Shown: positions 14,690 through 28,669 of the stretch, in pieces
Numbering within the stretch: the first letter of the stretch is position 1
Layout: every line of letters begins with the position of its first letter
NCBI GenBank assembly: GCA_951406725.2
Contig: OX597823.1
Span: 67,394,001 to 67,458,000, forward strand
Reading direction: 5' to 3'
DNA length: 64,000 nucleotides
Origin: Octopus vulgaris
Taxonomy: Eukaryota
The notes under the pieces: generated by a model
Database searches by the model: none
What the model was told of the DNA's origin: nothing
What the model saw: only the letters and a program-made list of their open reading frames with translations
Translations under genes and position numbers: made by a program

Positions 14690-15415
14690 GAATGTAATGC
14701 CGAAAGAAATGTCACTAAGCATTTTTCCCGACGGGCTAACGATTCTGCCAGCTTGCCTCCTTATTTCTATAATATTCCTTTCTATTATAGGCACAAGATC
14801 TGAAGTTTGGGAGAAGGGACTAGTTGATTACAGTGACCCCAGTGTTTCACTGGTACTTATTTCATCGAGCCCAAAAGGATAAAATGCAGGCTCGAACTCA
14901 GAGCATACAGACAGGCAAAATGCCGCAAAACACTTTGTCGGGCGTGCTAGAAATTCTTCCCGCTCGACGTCATCTCATTTCATAATTAATATGTTTCAAG
15001 TTTTGGCACAAGGCCAGCAATTTCGGAGGAGGGGTAAGTCGATTACATTGCTCCTAGTACGCAACTGGTGCTTATTCTATCGACCCCGAATGGGTAAAGA
15101 GCAAAGTCGTAATTTCAACTCAGAATGTAAAGATGGGCGAAATGCCGTTAAGCTTTTTGTCTGGCTCGTTAAATTTACAATTAATGTTAATTATAGGTAA
15201 GGCGGCGAGCTGGCAGAAACATTAGCACGACGGGAAAATGCTTTGCTACATTTCGTCCGTGTATACTTTCTGAATTCAAATTCTGCCGAGGTCGGCTTTG
15301 CCTTTCATGCGTTCGAGGTCGATAAATTAAATAGCAGTTGAGCACTTGGGTTCATGTAATCGACTTACCCCTCCCACCTCCGAAATTGCTGGCTTTGTGC
15401 CAAGAGTTGAAACCA
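14690..15415. mobile_element. Cluster of family A SINEs: - strand copies at 14690-15170, + strand copy at 15200-15415
   Basis: Homologous to 4655-4892; ends about 100 bp before the 110-nt exon. Confidence 0.8.
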
Positions 15416-15515
15416 ATATTAATTGGTAATTGATATTAACTGATACAAACTAATTATTTACGTCTTCATGGGTATGTTGTATTCATTTGTAACTTGTTTC
15501 TTTTTCTCTTTGTAG

Positions 15516-15625
15516 AAATGGAATGATCCGTCTTTAACATGGTATCCTATGCAACATAATAATGTCACCTTCATACTTCTGCCCAGAAAGCGAGTTTGGA
15601 GTCCAGAAATTATCATTGATAACAT
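15516..15625 (+). CDS. Same gene, 110-nt exon (WxD...WxPxI, loop A): KWNDPSLTWYPMQHNNVTFILLPRKRVWSPEIIIDN
   Basis: Polypyrimidine tract plus tgtag acceptor and gtaagt donor; canonical 110-nt nAChR exon; ends in phase 2 (AT), completed by the A of the next exon (Ile). N-glycosylation sequon NVT. Confidence 0.93.
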
Positions 15626-15700
15626 GTAAGTCTTTGTCTGTACTATGCACGCACGCGCACACTACCAAATATCTGTACACGTATATATGTCTGTATGTAT

Positions 15701-15851
<151 letters not shown>

Positions 15852-16074
15852 AATATTAATATTTTGAAGTCTCTCTAAAGGGAACTACGGCAGCAGTACT
15901 GTATATTAATAGTTATCGCAAAGCTAACATGGTAGTCCAGACAAATTGGACGAATGCTGCCTTTGATTAGCTCCAAGAGGCCATCGCCTCTAGCTGGCTA
16001 TGTGACACATGAACCTGAGTCCATTATAACCTTCGAACAGAGGAGGTCAGCCGCTTCCCCTTGCTGGTCTGGCA

Positions 16075-16116
16075 TCTACAGACTAGTTTCAGAGTATTTG
16101 CCCCTTATCAAGTAGA
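16075..16116 (-). ncRNA. Minimal hammerhead motif at the apex of a ~135-bp hairpin
   Basis: Reverse strand reads TCTAC-TTGATAA-GGGG caaata CTCT-GAA-ACTAGT-C-TGTAGA; enclosed by inverted arms ccttcgaacaga (16030-16041) and tctgttcgaagg (16150-16161). Confidence 0.55.
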
Positions 16117-16491
16117 ACAGCCGAACCCAGCAGGTGTCGCTACTGACCGTCTGTTCGAAGGATTATTTACCTAAAATTCAGTGGAATACATCCACTGGTA
16201 TATATATACGTTTCGCTCCCTTGCTCACTATATATCTGATACGGGTTGTGTGTCGTTAACCAGCTAGAAAAGATGTTTTCCTGGGGTTAAAATATAGTGA
16301 CATAGTTCTATATAGAACAACCACGTTAAAGTGGCAAAAAGTATTGGTTTAGTATTGCTACTACTTATATCTCGTTTAGAGATTTTAGAACTAGCTACTT
16401 CGCACGTTACGAAATCAGCGGTTGTCTGCCGTTTCTATGTTTATATACCGTGAGTAGGGACGACTGACTGCCATCTCTAACAGGCAGGTAT

Positions 16492-16537
16492 CCAGTATCG
16501 ATGAAAGGTAAAAGACCCAAAAACCATGGTCTACTGG
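16492..16537 (+). ncRNA. Degenerate minimal hammerhead motif between ~350-bp-spaced direct repeats
   Basis: CCAGTA-TCGATGA-aaGGT aaaag ACCc-AAAA-ACCATGGT-C-TACTGG: perfect stem I, palindromic stem III, GUC triplet; catalytic core mutated. Confidence 0.5.
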
Positions 16538-16876
16538 TCTTGCCAAGCTGGAAGGGAGTGGTTCGCTCCCTTACTCACAATATATCAGACACAGGCTATG
16601 TGTCATTAACCAGCTGGAATAGATGTTTTACTGCGATTCTGTATAGAACAGCCACGCCATAGTGGCAAAAAATATTACAATATATAAATATGTGTGCGTG
16701 TACACAGCTGTATATTTCGAAGACCTTTAAAAATAACTACATAAATATTAATTAATGTAGAACTCAATACTAAATTATAGTATCAAAATTAATATGAAAT
16801 TCATTTTGACTAGACTCCTACAAGTCTCGGCAGATGGCTTATTAAACAAGCGGTGACATTGCGTCCTTCTAGTGTT

Positions 16877-17295
16877 TCTTTTTTCTTTACTGCCCACAAG
16901 GGGCTACGCACAGAGAGGACAAACAAGAACAGACAAACGGATTAAGTCGATTACATCGACCCCAGTGCGTAACTGGTACCTATTTAATTGACCCCGAAAG
17001 GAAGAAAGGCAAAGTCGGCCTCGGCGGAATTTGAACTCACAACGTAGCGGCAGACGAAATACCTATTTCTTTACTTCCCACAAGGGGCTAAACACAGAGA
17101 GGACAAACAAGGACAGACAAAGGGATGAAGTCGATTATATCGACCTCAGTGCGTAACTAGTACTTATTTAAACGACCCCGAAAGGATGAAAGGCAAAGTC
17201 GATCTCGGCGAATTTGAACTCAGAACGTAACGGCAGACGAAATACTGCTAATCATTTCGCCCGGCGTGCTAACGATTCTGCTAGCTTGCCGCCTT
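16877..17295 (-). mobile_element. Family A SINE tandem dimer
   Basis: Two head-to-tail copies within one degenerate TSD, cg(t/c)cc(t/c)tc(t/c)agtgttt. Confidence 0.85.
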
Positions 17296-17927
17296 TCGCC
17301 CCTCCAGTGTTTATTTACATAGAAACTGGACAGCTTCATAAGAAAAAATTGTGTAGGTATTATGTAAGAGATACGAGAAATATTTTCTAAGTAAGCGGAG
17401 AAGACTGCTTTAATGCCGAAGAGTAAAATTCTCGTAATAGTAAATGTTTAAGTGCTCGTGAAGTGAATGTAAGTAGGTAACAAAAGAAATTAATTAAAAT
17501 TAGAGGAAAGGTCATGAAAAAGTCAAATTAAGTAGGGAAATAGCGAAGGTTTTATTTTTATTGAATTCATTGGAGACGAAAAGAATATTAGTAAAGCTGA
17601 TAATTTGCATTCGAATATTCTCCTTGTGTCTGAGCGTGTGTCAGTACAATTTCCTGTATGTAACTTTGTGTGTGTGTGTGTATGCGTGCACATTTGTCTA
17701 TTTGTGTACGCCTAGTCTTCTACAGTATGTGTGAGTATATGTGTTAATTTATTTGCGTAAACTTTTAGAAGCCATGAGGGTATATTGAATTGATACGGTA
17801 ATTTTACGCAGTACACACACACACACCCACATGTATATAAAATTAGCGACAGAATCAGTATTAATACTAAATGGTAATCTTTATAAGCAACTTATATTTG
17901 GAGATTTAATAAAATATCCGCGTTAAG

Positions 17928-17984
<57 letters not shown>

Positions 17985-18017
17985 CATGTACATATGCTTA
18001 TATATGTATATATATCA

Positions 18018-18342
18018 CATGGCTCAGTGGTTATAGCATCGAACTTATGACCGTGAGGTTGGGAGTTCGAATCCCGGATCGGGCTGCGTGTTGTGTTCTT
18101 GAGCAAGACATTTTATTTCACATTGCTCCAGTTCACTCAGCTGTAGAAATGAGTTGCGACGTCACTGGTGCCAAGCTGTATCGGCCTTTGCCTTTCCTTT
18201 GGATAACATCGGTGGTGCGGTGAAGGGATGATGGTATGCATGGGCGACTGCTGGTCTTCCGTAAACAACCTTGCCCGGACTTGTGCCTCGGAGGGTAATT
18301 TTCTAGGTGCAATCCCATGGTCATTCGTGACCGAAGGGTAGT
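18018..18342 (+). mobile_element. tRNA-derived SINE family D
   Basis: tggctcagtggtta A box and gagttcgaatccc B box; a second copy lies at 27740-28012. Confidence 0.85.
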
Positions 18343-19520
18343 CTCCGATTGTGTTCAGATCCCGCCGCGGTCATATTTAGTTTTCATTGTCTTTTTTTTT
18401 TTCTTCATGGATAACAAAACAGTAAATAAACAGTAAACTAAACAGTATAATTCCAGTAAAAAATTGGGTTTCATGTTGCCACTTTTGCATCTCTCCTTTC
18501 CTTTATTTCACTTCAGTACAGGATCTGCTTTTATGTATATTCATGCAATCGACACTTAGCTCCAGTCGTCGATGCGTTGGACCGTCTGATACTATTGTCT
18601 ATCACTGCTAGGACCCACAGGCCGATGATAACAGACAAAATCTGAACCCAGAATACGGAGATCTGCGACATAAATATGGCAAGATCTCATCAGACGCTTA
18701 AGAAATTCTATCAGTCAAAAAAAAATTCATCGACTTGATACTTTACTTATCAAATTCGACACAATGTAAGACAGACCTGAGTAAGAGTGAGATTTGAACA
18801 CTGCGAGTGCAGAGACCCGGAGCCAATTCAACAAACATTGTATTCTTCATTGCTACCGATTCCGCCACTTCGCCGCTTTGTCAAGTTAATTGCCTGCCTA
18901 CATCCTCTAAATGTCGAGGCCTTGTTCTTGTATTGAAAATTTTCATTAATATATTATTTTATTCGACCGTCTTTACATTCTGAACTCAATTCTCAACGGA
19001 GTTGACTTTCCTTCAACGCTGATAAAACAAATAGCCTCCAATCATTAGAGCAGATTTAATCAACGTAGCCCTACCACACCTAGCAAACTGATGTTCCCTT
19101 CTGACTAAATCAGAAATCATTATTTTTTTCTAGTTTAATATCTTATGACAAAATATGATTAAATATCATTATTTTTTTTTTAATTCATCATAAAACTGTC
19201 CCACCGGGGGGAGAGAATATATGCCTTGTTGTTCTTGTGGTTTTGTTTGTATCGTTCTTTTACTTTTCTGATTGTTAGATATTTACAGGGAACACTGAAC
19301 TGAACGCGTTTATTTCTTAAAATATTGTTTAGAGACAACAACTTTCTTATCACTTTGCTTGTATTTAAACAATATTCCATTTTCTGAGAAATTTCCAATA
19401 CACAACACACACACGCAGACACACACACAAGTATGCATATATATGTATGTGTGTATATATGTAAGCATATATAGATATATATATAAGTAGATATATGTAT
19501 ATACATATATATATATACAC

Positions 19521-19557
<37 letters not shown>

Positions 19558-20072
19558 AATATATAAGCATAATATATAAGCATAAACATATATACAGATA
19601 CATGTATACATATATATATATATGTATATACATATATATATATATATATATACATACATAAATATATACGCACACATATATATATATATGTACACACACA
19701 CATACATATATATATATATACATATATAATTTTTTTATTTGTTTGAGCCATTAGACTGCAGCCACACTGCCTTGAATATGTTTAGTCCAACGAATCGACA
19801 CTAGTATTATTTTCTTTTTAAGCCTGGTACTTATGGTATCGGTTTCTCTTGCCGAACCGCTAATTTACAGAGACGTAAACGCAACAACATCGGTTATCAA
19901 GCAGTTTGGTGGAGGGGGTAGCAAACACAGTTACAAAGACACACACACATATATACATATATAAATATATACGACGCGCTTCTTTCAGTTTCCATCTACC
20001 TTTGCCAAGGTGCCACGTATTGAGACTGAACCCGGAACCGCGTGATTGATAATCAAACTTCTTACCACTTAT

Positions 20073-20160
<88 letters not shown>

Positions 20161-20299
20161 TGAGTGTTAAATCACCAGATACGATGAATTGCAAGACTTA
20201 ATATTTCGGAAGAAAAGAAGATTCGGATTATCAGTTGAGGATCGGAAACGAGTAACTCAGAGTACCAGTGGGTTGAATCCTCTCATTTATAATGTATGC

Positions 20300-20773
<474 letters not shown>

Positions 20774-20984
20774 CGCATACCCGGATTGCAACTTCATATT
20801 TATACCCGTATTTATTGGGACGCGAGAATGTGTTACAAACTGTCTCAGCACCAATCTTGAGGAACTAGGGATTTTAGAACCAGAAAGAAGTTTAATTAGT
20901 GAATTACAGATTCGAGCCATGAATGGAACTGTCAAAATATATAAAACTTCCCAAAAGTTTAGCATATAAGTACATAGACAGCTA

Positions 20985-21372
20985 GGCTGTGTGGTAAGTA
21001 GCTTGCTAACCAACCACATGGTTCCGGGTTCAGTCCCACTGCGTGGCGTCTTGGGCAAGTGTCTTCTGCTATAGCCCCGGGCCGACCAATGCCTTGTGAG
21101 TGGATTTGGTAAACGGAAACTGAAAGAAGCCTATCGTATATATGTATATATATATATGTGTGTGTTTGTGTGTCTGTGTTTGTCCCCCTAGCATTGCTTG
21201 ACAACCGATGCTGGTGTGTTTACGTCCCCGTCACTTAGCGGTTCGGCAAAAAAGAGACCGATAAAATAAGTACTGGGCTTACAAAGAATAAGTCCCGGGG
21301 TCGAGTTGCTCGATTAAAGGCGGTGCTCCAGCATGGCCGCAGTCAAATGACTGAAACAAGTAAAAGAGAAAA
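20985..21372 (+). mobile_element. SINE family C (internal TA/TG microsatellite)
   Basis: ggctgtgtggtaag..gggttcagtccc..ttgggcaagtgtc..tgactgaaacaagtaaaag. Other copies: 19735-20070 (-), 25265-25440 (-), 25925-26250 (-), 50800-51245 (+), 55070-55470 (+), 59110-59258 (-). Confidence 0.88.
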
Positions 21373-21838
21373 GAGAAAGAGAATATGTACAAGCATATAT
21401 GCACAAAACGTACAGATTTGTACATGTAGTAACTCCAAATACATACGCATATACATACCAACATACACCGCTACTCTATTGCTATTCATGTTGTGTGGTT
21501 GTGTGAAAGAACCTTGGATCTAGGTTGAGAAAATATCTTTTTTCCATTGGCAAAATATCTAGAAATGCATATTCATGGGTTTGTGTGTATAATTCGACAC
21601 ATGCACACACATACACACACACACACACCACACACGCGCGCACTCCATATAACGATGTCTGCGGCAGTGATGTCGAAAACGAACTTATGCAGTAAAATGG
21701 TCACCAAAATGTTTTATGCGTACGACTAGGATATTTTATCTAAAAATTACACATGTAATATGAAAAAAAATTATCTCAATCGCTACATTCTGGTTAAGCA
21801 AAGCAGGTGGAGACAGCACTGGAATATAAATTCATAAA

Positions 21839-21874
<36 letters not shown>

Positions 21875-21890
21875 GGTGGTGGTGGTGGTG

Positions 21891-21926
<36 letters not shown>

Positions 21927-21944
21927 GCAGCAGCAGCAGCAGCT

Positions 21945-21977
<33 letters not shown>

Positions 21978-22649
21978 GTTGCAGCGGCAGCAGTAGCAGC
22001 GGAAGCAGTAGCAGCGGCAGTAGAAGTCGCCTTTCACTGAAAGCCTCGATTTTATTAAAGGTAGTTAATTGAAAAAGCTGGGTTGATTTGAAGGTACAAC
22101 AGATTGAAGATTAATTATAAGTTTTATCACACAACATTATTTCATTGACTCATCATTTTATCCAACCATATTGTCACACACAAAGAACTTAAGTATGTTT
22201 CTATACTAAAAATGCTATGGAAGGGTATAAAATAAAGAGGCTTCGAATTTTATTGATGCTTTTAATCAAAGGAAAAGAAATCACAGAAAATTGGTCTTTC
22301 GTGTGTCATTTGAATATATTACTTTCTAGATAAGTGGTCCTCAGCCGTTTTTACTCAAACGCTGTCTTTTGATGTAAAATGATCAGCGTCCTCTAGTATC
22401 ACATAATGCACGAGTTAGATATAATACATTTTCATTTTAAGAAGTAATATTTATCACCTATTTAATCATCACAGAGGACAGTGATAGCTAACATTTATAA
22501 TTGTTATGAATTTTAACAGGGTTTGGAGAAATCGCATTTCAGGATGGATTTCAAAGATACGATCTATGTATAGAAATACTATGGATGTAGAAGATATGAT
22601 TGTAGGAGTGTTAAAATTGTAAACAAGTGAGAAGTAAGAGTAATATCGT

Positions 22650-23168
22650 TTATTGGTTTCAAAAGTTGACATAAGGCCAGCAATTTCATGGAAGGAGTTA
22701 AGCCGATTACATCGACCCCAGTATTCAACTGGTACTTATTTTATCGACCCTGAAATTATGAAAGACAACAATCGACCTCGGCACAATTTGAACTCAGAAC
22801 GTAAAGACGGACGAAATGTCGCTAAGCATTTTGCTCGGCGTGCTAACGCTTCTGCCAGTTCTCCACCTTAGTAATACCGTATATTATGAAAAGTTAAGTT
22901 GCAACAAACTAAACCGCAACATGTCTAAAAGTGCTTGATGTAAACAGAAATATTGGTTTCAAATATTGGCACAAGACCAGCAATTTCAAGGAGGAGTAAG
23001 TTGATTACATCCATTCCAGGATTCAATTGGTACTCATTTTGTCAAAACCTGAGAGGATGAAAGGTAATGTCAGCTACGGCGGAATTTGAACTCAGAAAAT
23101 AAAGGCGGACAAAATGCCGCTAAGCATTTTACTCGGCGCGCAATCGAATCTACCAGCTTGCCGCCTTA
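22650..23168 (-). mobile_element. Two family A SINE copies
   Basis: Homologous to family A (22650-22870 and 22953-23168). Confidence 0.8.
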
Positions 23169-24290
23169 AAGTAAACAGAAATATTGAAGGATTTAATAGA
23201 ATTAGAGACAGAGTCTTCAGATCCAGAAATTAAATTTGCAAAGGTTGCGTTGTGTTAAATTCTAACAAATTTAATCAAACGTGATCTTATTTCAGCTAGG
23301 TCACTTAAAATTAAAAGAATATTAATAAAACAGAATATTGCTGTCACGAGGATTATATGCATTTACTACTTCATATATATCAGGCTCAATTCTAGACATA
23401 ATTAATCGCTGGTATTTTAGTCCTCTTTGAAGGTGACTTAATATCAGTAATGGTTCAAGTCTAGTTAATGTACAGTAATCTATTATTCTTTAATGTTAAT
23501 GAAATATATGGCGACACGAAATCATATGGACTTACAAAATATATAAACAAATTTTTCCAAGTACTGTCACACCTTTCCTTGACACCTTTCTTTTCTTGAA
23601 CATCTTTTTGACAAGGTTCATCACCTTTGAACTTTTATGTAATACTCCAACTGAAGTTTACTGTCTCCTTCCACCAAAAAATTTTTTTCAATAACGCGTC
23701 ATCCGCATTAAAGCCTTCTTTGTGAAACACTGCGCTAGAAACCTGTCTCGGGAGTGTCCTACTCCAAAAAGTAAACCACTCGTCTCATAACTCACTATTA
23801 TCCAGAGTTATTCTCTTCAACACATGAAATTACTTTTGCTAATACAGACCATGTTCCGCTTTAGCAACAGGAAATGTCACACGCAATACCAAATATACAA
23901 AATACTAGCTGAATTTCGAAAATTTTATTTTAACCAGTGTAATATGAATTCGGTCATAAACAGATTCCAAGCCAATGCTATAGAGAATTCTTTTGAAATC
24001 TTTTTCTTTTTTCTATTTTCATTTTATTTTACTTTTTTTTTTACCTAACTGAATTTTATTCAAATTCAGTTTTTGCAAACTCAATTTTTAAAAATCTAGT
24101 TTTGTTTCAATTCCCATTTGAAATTATATCAATAACTTCCTGAAACATTCACATGTGCTGATTCCTCCTCTTCAAAGCATTCAGCTTTCATGTTTTCTTC
24201 GTAATAAACAAAAAATTATTTTTAAAACATTAAATTGAAAATAAAAGAAATCATATGTGTATGAATATAATTTTTGTTCTCATGTTTCAG

Positions 24291-24820
24291 AGCCGGTGAA
24301 GTGAAGCCGATAGGAGACAGAGCAAAAGAAGATCTCATCCGGTTAGAATATACAGGGATGGTTCACTGGGATGTTTCTCTAACTTTCTCAACACATTGTG
24401 ATATAGATATCACATATTACCCATTCGACACCCAACGCTGTACACTTGAACTGGGAGAATGGACGTACACACGTAAAGAAATTAATTTCACTACACACTC
24501 CAAAGGGATCGTGTTAGATTCCTACAAAGACAACGGGGAGTGGAATATTATCGGAACTTTCGCTCAACCGAAACAATACGGGGCGGAGTATATGCAGCTT
24601 CACTTCGGCCTTGTGATGAAAAGAAAGTCTCTTTACTATATACTGAACGTTATAGTACCACTTGTTCTCATCTCAATTTTGTGTGTAATAAGCTTTCTCA
24701 TCCCATTGGATGCCGGAGAGAGGGTCTCTTACTCAATCGCGGTCTTGCTATCACTTGCCGTTTTCCTAACTGTAGTCAGTGCAAACATGCCATCTACGTC
24801 AAAATACGTCTCTGTTTTAG
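24291..24820 (+). CDS. Same gene, 530-nt exon: Cys-loop, loops B and C, M1 and M2
   Basis: tttcag acceptor and gtaagt donor; C-x13-C loop CDIDITYYPFDTQRC, GEWTY, NGEW, M1 YYILNVIVPLVLISILCVISFLIP, M2 GERVSYSIAVLLSLAVFLTVVSANMP; phases match both neighbours. Confidence 0.97.
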
Positions 24821-25164
24821 GTAAGTAAATCCTTAAATATCTATTCTTTTATTCTTTTACCTATTTCAGTCAATGAACAATGTGGGGACACCGTCTTGAA
24901 GTGTTTAGTCAAGTAAATGTCTCCAGTATTTATTTTAAGCGTCATACTTATTCTGACGGATTCTTTGTCCTGGGCAATATATTACAGGGACCTAAACCAA
25001 TCAGTGCTGGTTGTGAACCGGTGGCAGGCATACATTTTCATACGAAGACATGTGCACGCACATACATTATATGTGTTTGTTATGTATGTATGTATGTATG
25101 TATGTATGTATGTATGTATGTATGTATGTATGTATGTATGTATGTATGCATGTATATATCTGTT

Positions 25165-25265
<101 letters not shown>

Positions 25266-27063
25266 CTGTGCACACGCATGCATACGACAGACTTGCATTC
25301 AGCATCCGTGTACCAATTTCACTTTTACAAGGCACTGGTCAGTGCAGAGCTATAGAATAATACACTTGCACAAAGTTCGGTGCTGTGGCACTCAATCTGA
25401 AACTACATCGTTACGAAGCGAACTTATCCACACGCCGATGCATAGCCTATTCATAAGACATAGTTGGGAATAGGATCTGAACTCTCACGCATATTCGTAG
25501 ACTAGAATACTCTTTCTTGGTGATGTTCAATTTGCTGGGTTTGTTTCGTTTTGTTTTTAATTAGAAAATTACACACCATATAAGAAATAATTAGTTATTT
25601 AATTCTAAATTAGATTACCGCTGAAACCGCCTTCACTTAAACTCTGCCGAGTGCACTCACATCTGATTGGAAATATCTCTTTGAACGTCAGAGACTTACA
25701 ATTGGTAATTGCATGAATGTGAAAGTTGAATCTTGACCGTGAGTTTACTGCTACGGTTTGGAACTAATGTTTCTCTGATGACGTGACCATATAAGTGTGC
25801 GTGTAAACTCCTTATTCCATTTAGTAAAAAAACCCAGTTGGTGTAGATTAAGTGATTGAGAAGATATGACGGATTCAATCAATTACCAAGAAGGATACAA
25901 TCTGATCATTTCATTTACCTTCATTGTTTGCTTGCTTCGGTCATGAGAGTGCAGCCATGTTGGGCCACCCCAATACTTCATCCTTTTAAGCCTAGAACAT
26001 AGTCGATTAGATTTTCTTTCCTCAACTTCTGAGTTACGCAGACGTAAACAAACCAACACTGGTTGTCAGGCGATAATGGAGAACAAATGCAAAAATACAC
26101 GCGAGTTTCTTTCAGTTTCCGTCTACTAGATTCACTCACAAACTTTGCTCGGCCCAAGGCTATAGCAGAAGACATTTGCCCAGGGTGCAACGCTGTGGGA
26201 CTGAATCCGGAACCATTGTGTTAGGAAGCAAGCTTCTTACCACAGAGCTACATCTGAGCTTATTATCTATCTATCTATCGATCGATCAATCTCTCTCTCT
26301 CTTTCTCTCTCTCTCTTTATATATATATATATATTGCTAGTGTATTCATCTGATCGTCTGCGTGTACGTGTGTGTGTGTGAACGCATGTGCGAAAGTACG
26401 TGCAAGTATAGTTCGAGGAATCAGAAATATATATAAGGATAGAGAGAAACAAGGAATGTGGGGAAAGAGAAAAAGAAATAAAGGATCCCAAATAGCCATC
26501 TACATGATATGATTGATAGCATCTACATAATTTTGAAAAGTAAAAAGCGGTTATGTTTTAGCGTTTTAATTTCACAAACTATAATGTATTGATTTCTAAT
26601 TAACTAGTCAAACTAAATTTAGTGAAAATGTATTCTTTTAATGCTTCTGTTTTTTGTTTTTTGTTTTTTGTTTGTTTTTACCAAATTCATTTTTGCTTTT
26701 GTTGTTTATATATTTTTAATTAGAAAAACAATTACAGAGCCTACTTCATTATTTTGTTTATTAGTATAAGAGATGGGAAAACTTATTAAATCTACTCTCT
26801 AACAACTAGCCTGATATTATAGTTATGAAATTGCTATCTAGAACTGCTTACCTAACAGTAAATATACACAGTTTGTAGAAAAATACGTTTAAAAAAGATT
26901 GGTGTGTAATAACAAACATATAACAACCAGGAGCAGTTGTCCGTTCGACTATGTCCGATACACCTGTCAGTTGTGCCCGAAATATCTTACTTCAGCCATG
27001 TTATATTCACTGCATTGTCCAATATATTTTTGTACGCCCGTTGTTGTTGCTGCTGCTGCTGTT

Positions 27064-27395
27064 GAGCGGTCCGAAACGTGGTCCTTTGCTATTCGTAAGA
27101 CCCACAGAAGAGAAAGCAGGTGAACCCCCGCCACCGAGAGCATCGACGGAAGAATGAATGTGCATCCAGGCTCAGCGGTTGCGTAGGAAGTCGGGGATAA
27201 GAAACAGAAAGAAGGAGTGAGAGAAAGTTAGAGCAAAAGAGTACAAATGGGGTCGCCACCACACCCTGCCGGAGCCTCGTGGAGCTTTAGGTGTTTTCGC
27301 TCAATAAACACACACAACGCTCGGTCTGGGAATCGAAACCACGATCCTCCGACCGAGAGTCCGCTGCCCTAACCACTGGGCCATTGCGCTTCCAC
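27064..27395 (-). mobile_element. SINE with family B head and body but a different tail
   Basis: Head matches 2990; tail unrelated; TSD tgttgttgctgctgctg. Confidence 0.88.
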
Positions 27396-28027
27396 TGTTG
27401 TTGCTGCTGCTGTTAAACCTCACCCTAAGTGTTTCCTAATGAACCAGTCCTATGTTCAAGTAAAAGAAATCGCATAAAATTGGTCTTTTGTGTGTCATCT
27501 GAATATATTAGTCTCTAGATAAGTGACCCTCAACCGTTTTTACCCAAATGCTATCTTTTGATGTAGTAAAATCATCAGCGCCCTCAAGTTCAATGACATT
27601 CTGAACGTGACCACCTCGGCAATTTGGCAAGATATAAATAGAAGGCTTCATCTTACGGTTAAAAACGGTAATAACGTCGGTTCGTATGGAACAGCCATGT
27701 TGAAGTGACCACAAACATTATTCATATATATATATAAAAGCATGGCTCGGTGGTTAGAGCGTCAGGCCTACAATCATGAGGTAGTGAGCTCGATTCCCGC
27801 TCCGGGCTGTGTTGTGTTCTTGAACAAGCATTTCATTTCACGTTGTTCTAGTTCTTTCATCTATAGAACTAAGTTGTGACGTTACTGGTGGCAAGCTATA
27901 TCGGCCTTTGCCTTTTCCTGGAGGCTGGTATGCATAGGCAACTGCTCAGACTTATGCCTAGGAGGGTAACTTTCTAAGTGCAATCCCATGATCATTCGTA
28001 ACTGAAGGGAGTCTATACCAATATAGA

Positions 28028-28272
28028 CAACATCTGATAGCCTGGTCGGTCACGGTGATCACGGTGATATATATATATATATATATGTTTGCTGATGCGT
28101 GTGCGTATATATATATTCACGGTGATCACGGTGATATATATATATATATATGTTTGCTGATGCGTCTGCGTATATATATATATATATATATATATACGCA
28201 CACGCATCAGCAAACTATATATATATATATATATACCGTGATCACCGTGACCGACCAGGCTATCAGATGTTG
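28028..28272. repeat. Nested foldback at a SINE tail
   Basis: caacatctgatagcctggtcggtcacggtgatcacggt (28028-28065) is the exact reverse complement of 28235-28272; inner arms gtttgctgatgcgtgtgcgtata/tatacgcacacgcatcagcaaac are separated by (TA)n. Confidence 0.9.
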
Positions 28273-28635
28273 CTACACATCACTGGTCACAATGCGCTTC
28301 GCATTGTTTTAGCCTTCAAATGACGCCACCCCGCTGGCTAAGGGAGCAGGCCAACAGAAGAAAGAGTGAGAGAGTGGTGTGTAGAAAGAGTAGAGCAGTA
28401 ACTTTCTTCAGCTGAATACACGTCAATGATTGGTTAAAATTACCTAAATACGACACCTTTTACACGAAATACAAAATTTTTGTCAAAAACGTTAAGAGTA
28501 AACCGTGTTCTACGTGACACATTCATCCAGTATCCGAAGATTCAAACTGTTTAGTTAAAAAAAAATTAATTAAAAAATCTGACTGAGATTGAATAGATCC
28601 GGATATTTTTGTATGTATGTATGTATGTATGTATA

Positions 28636-28669
<34 letters not shown>

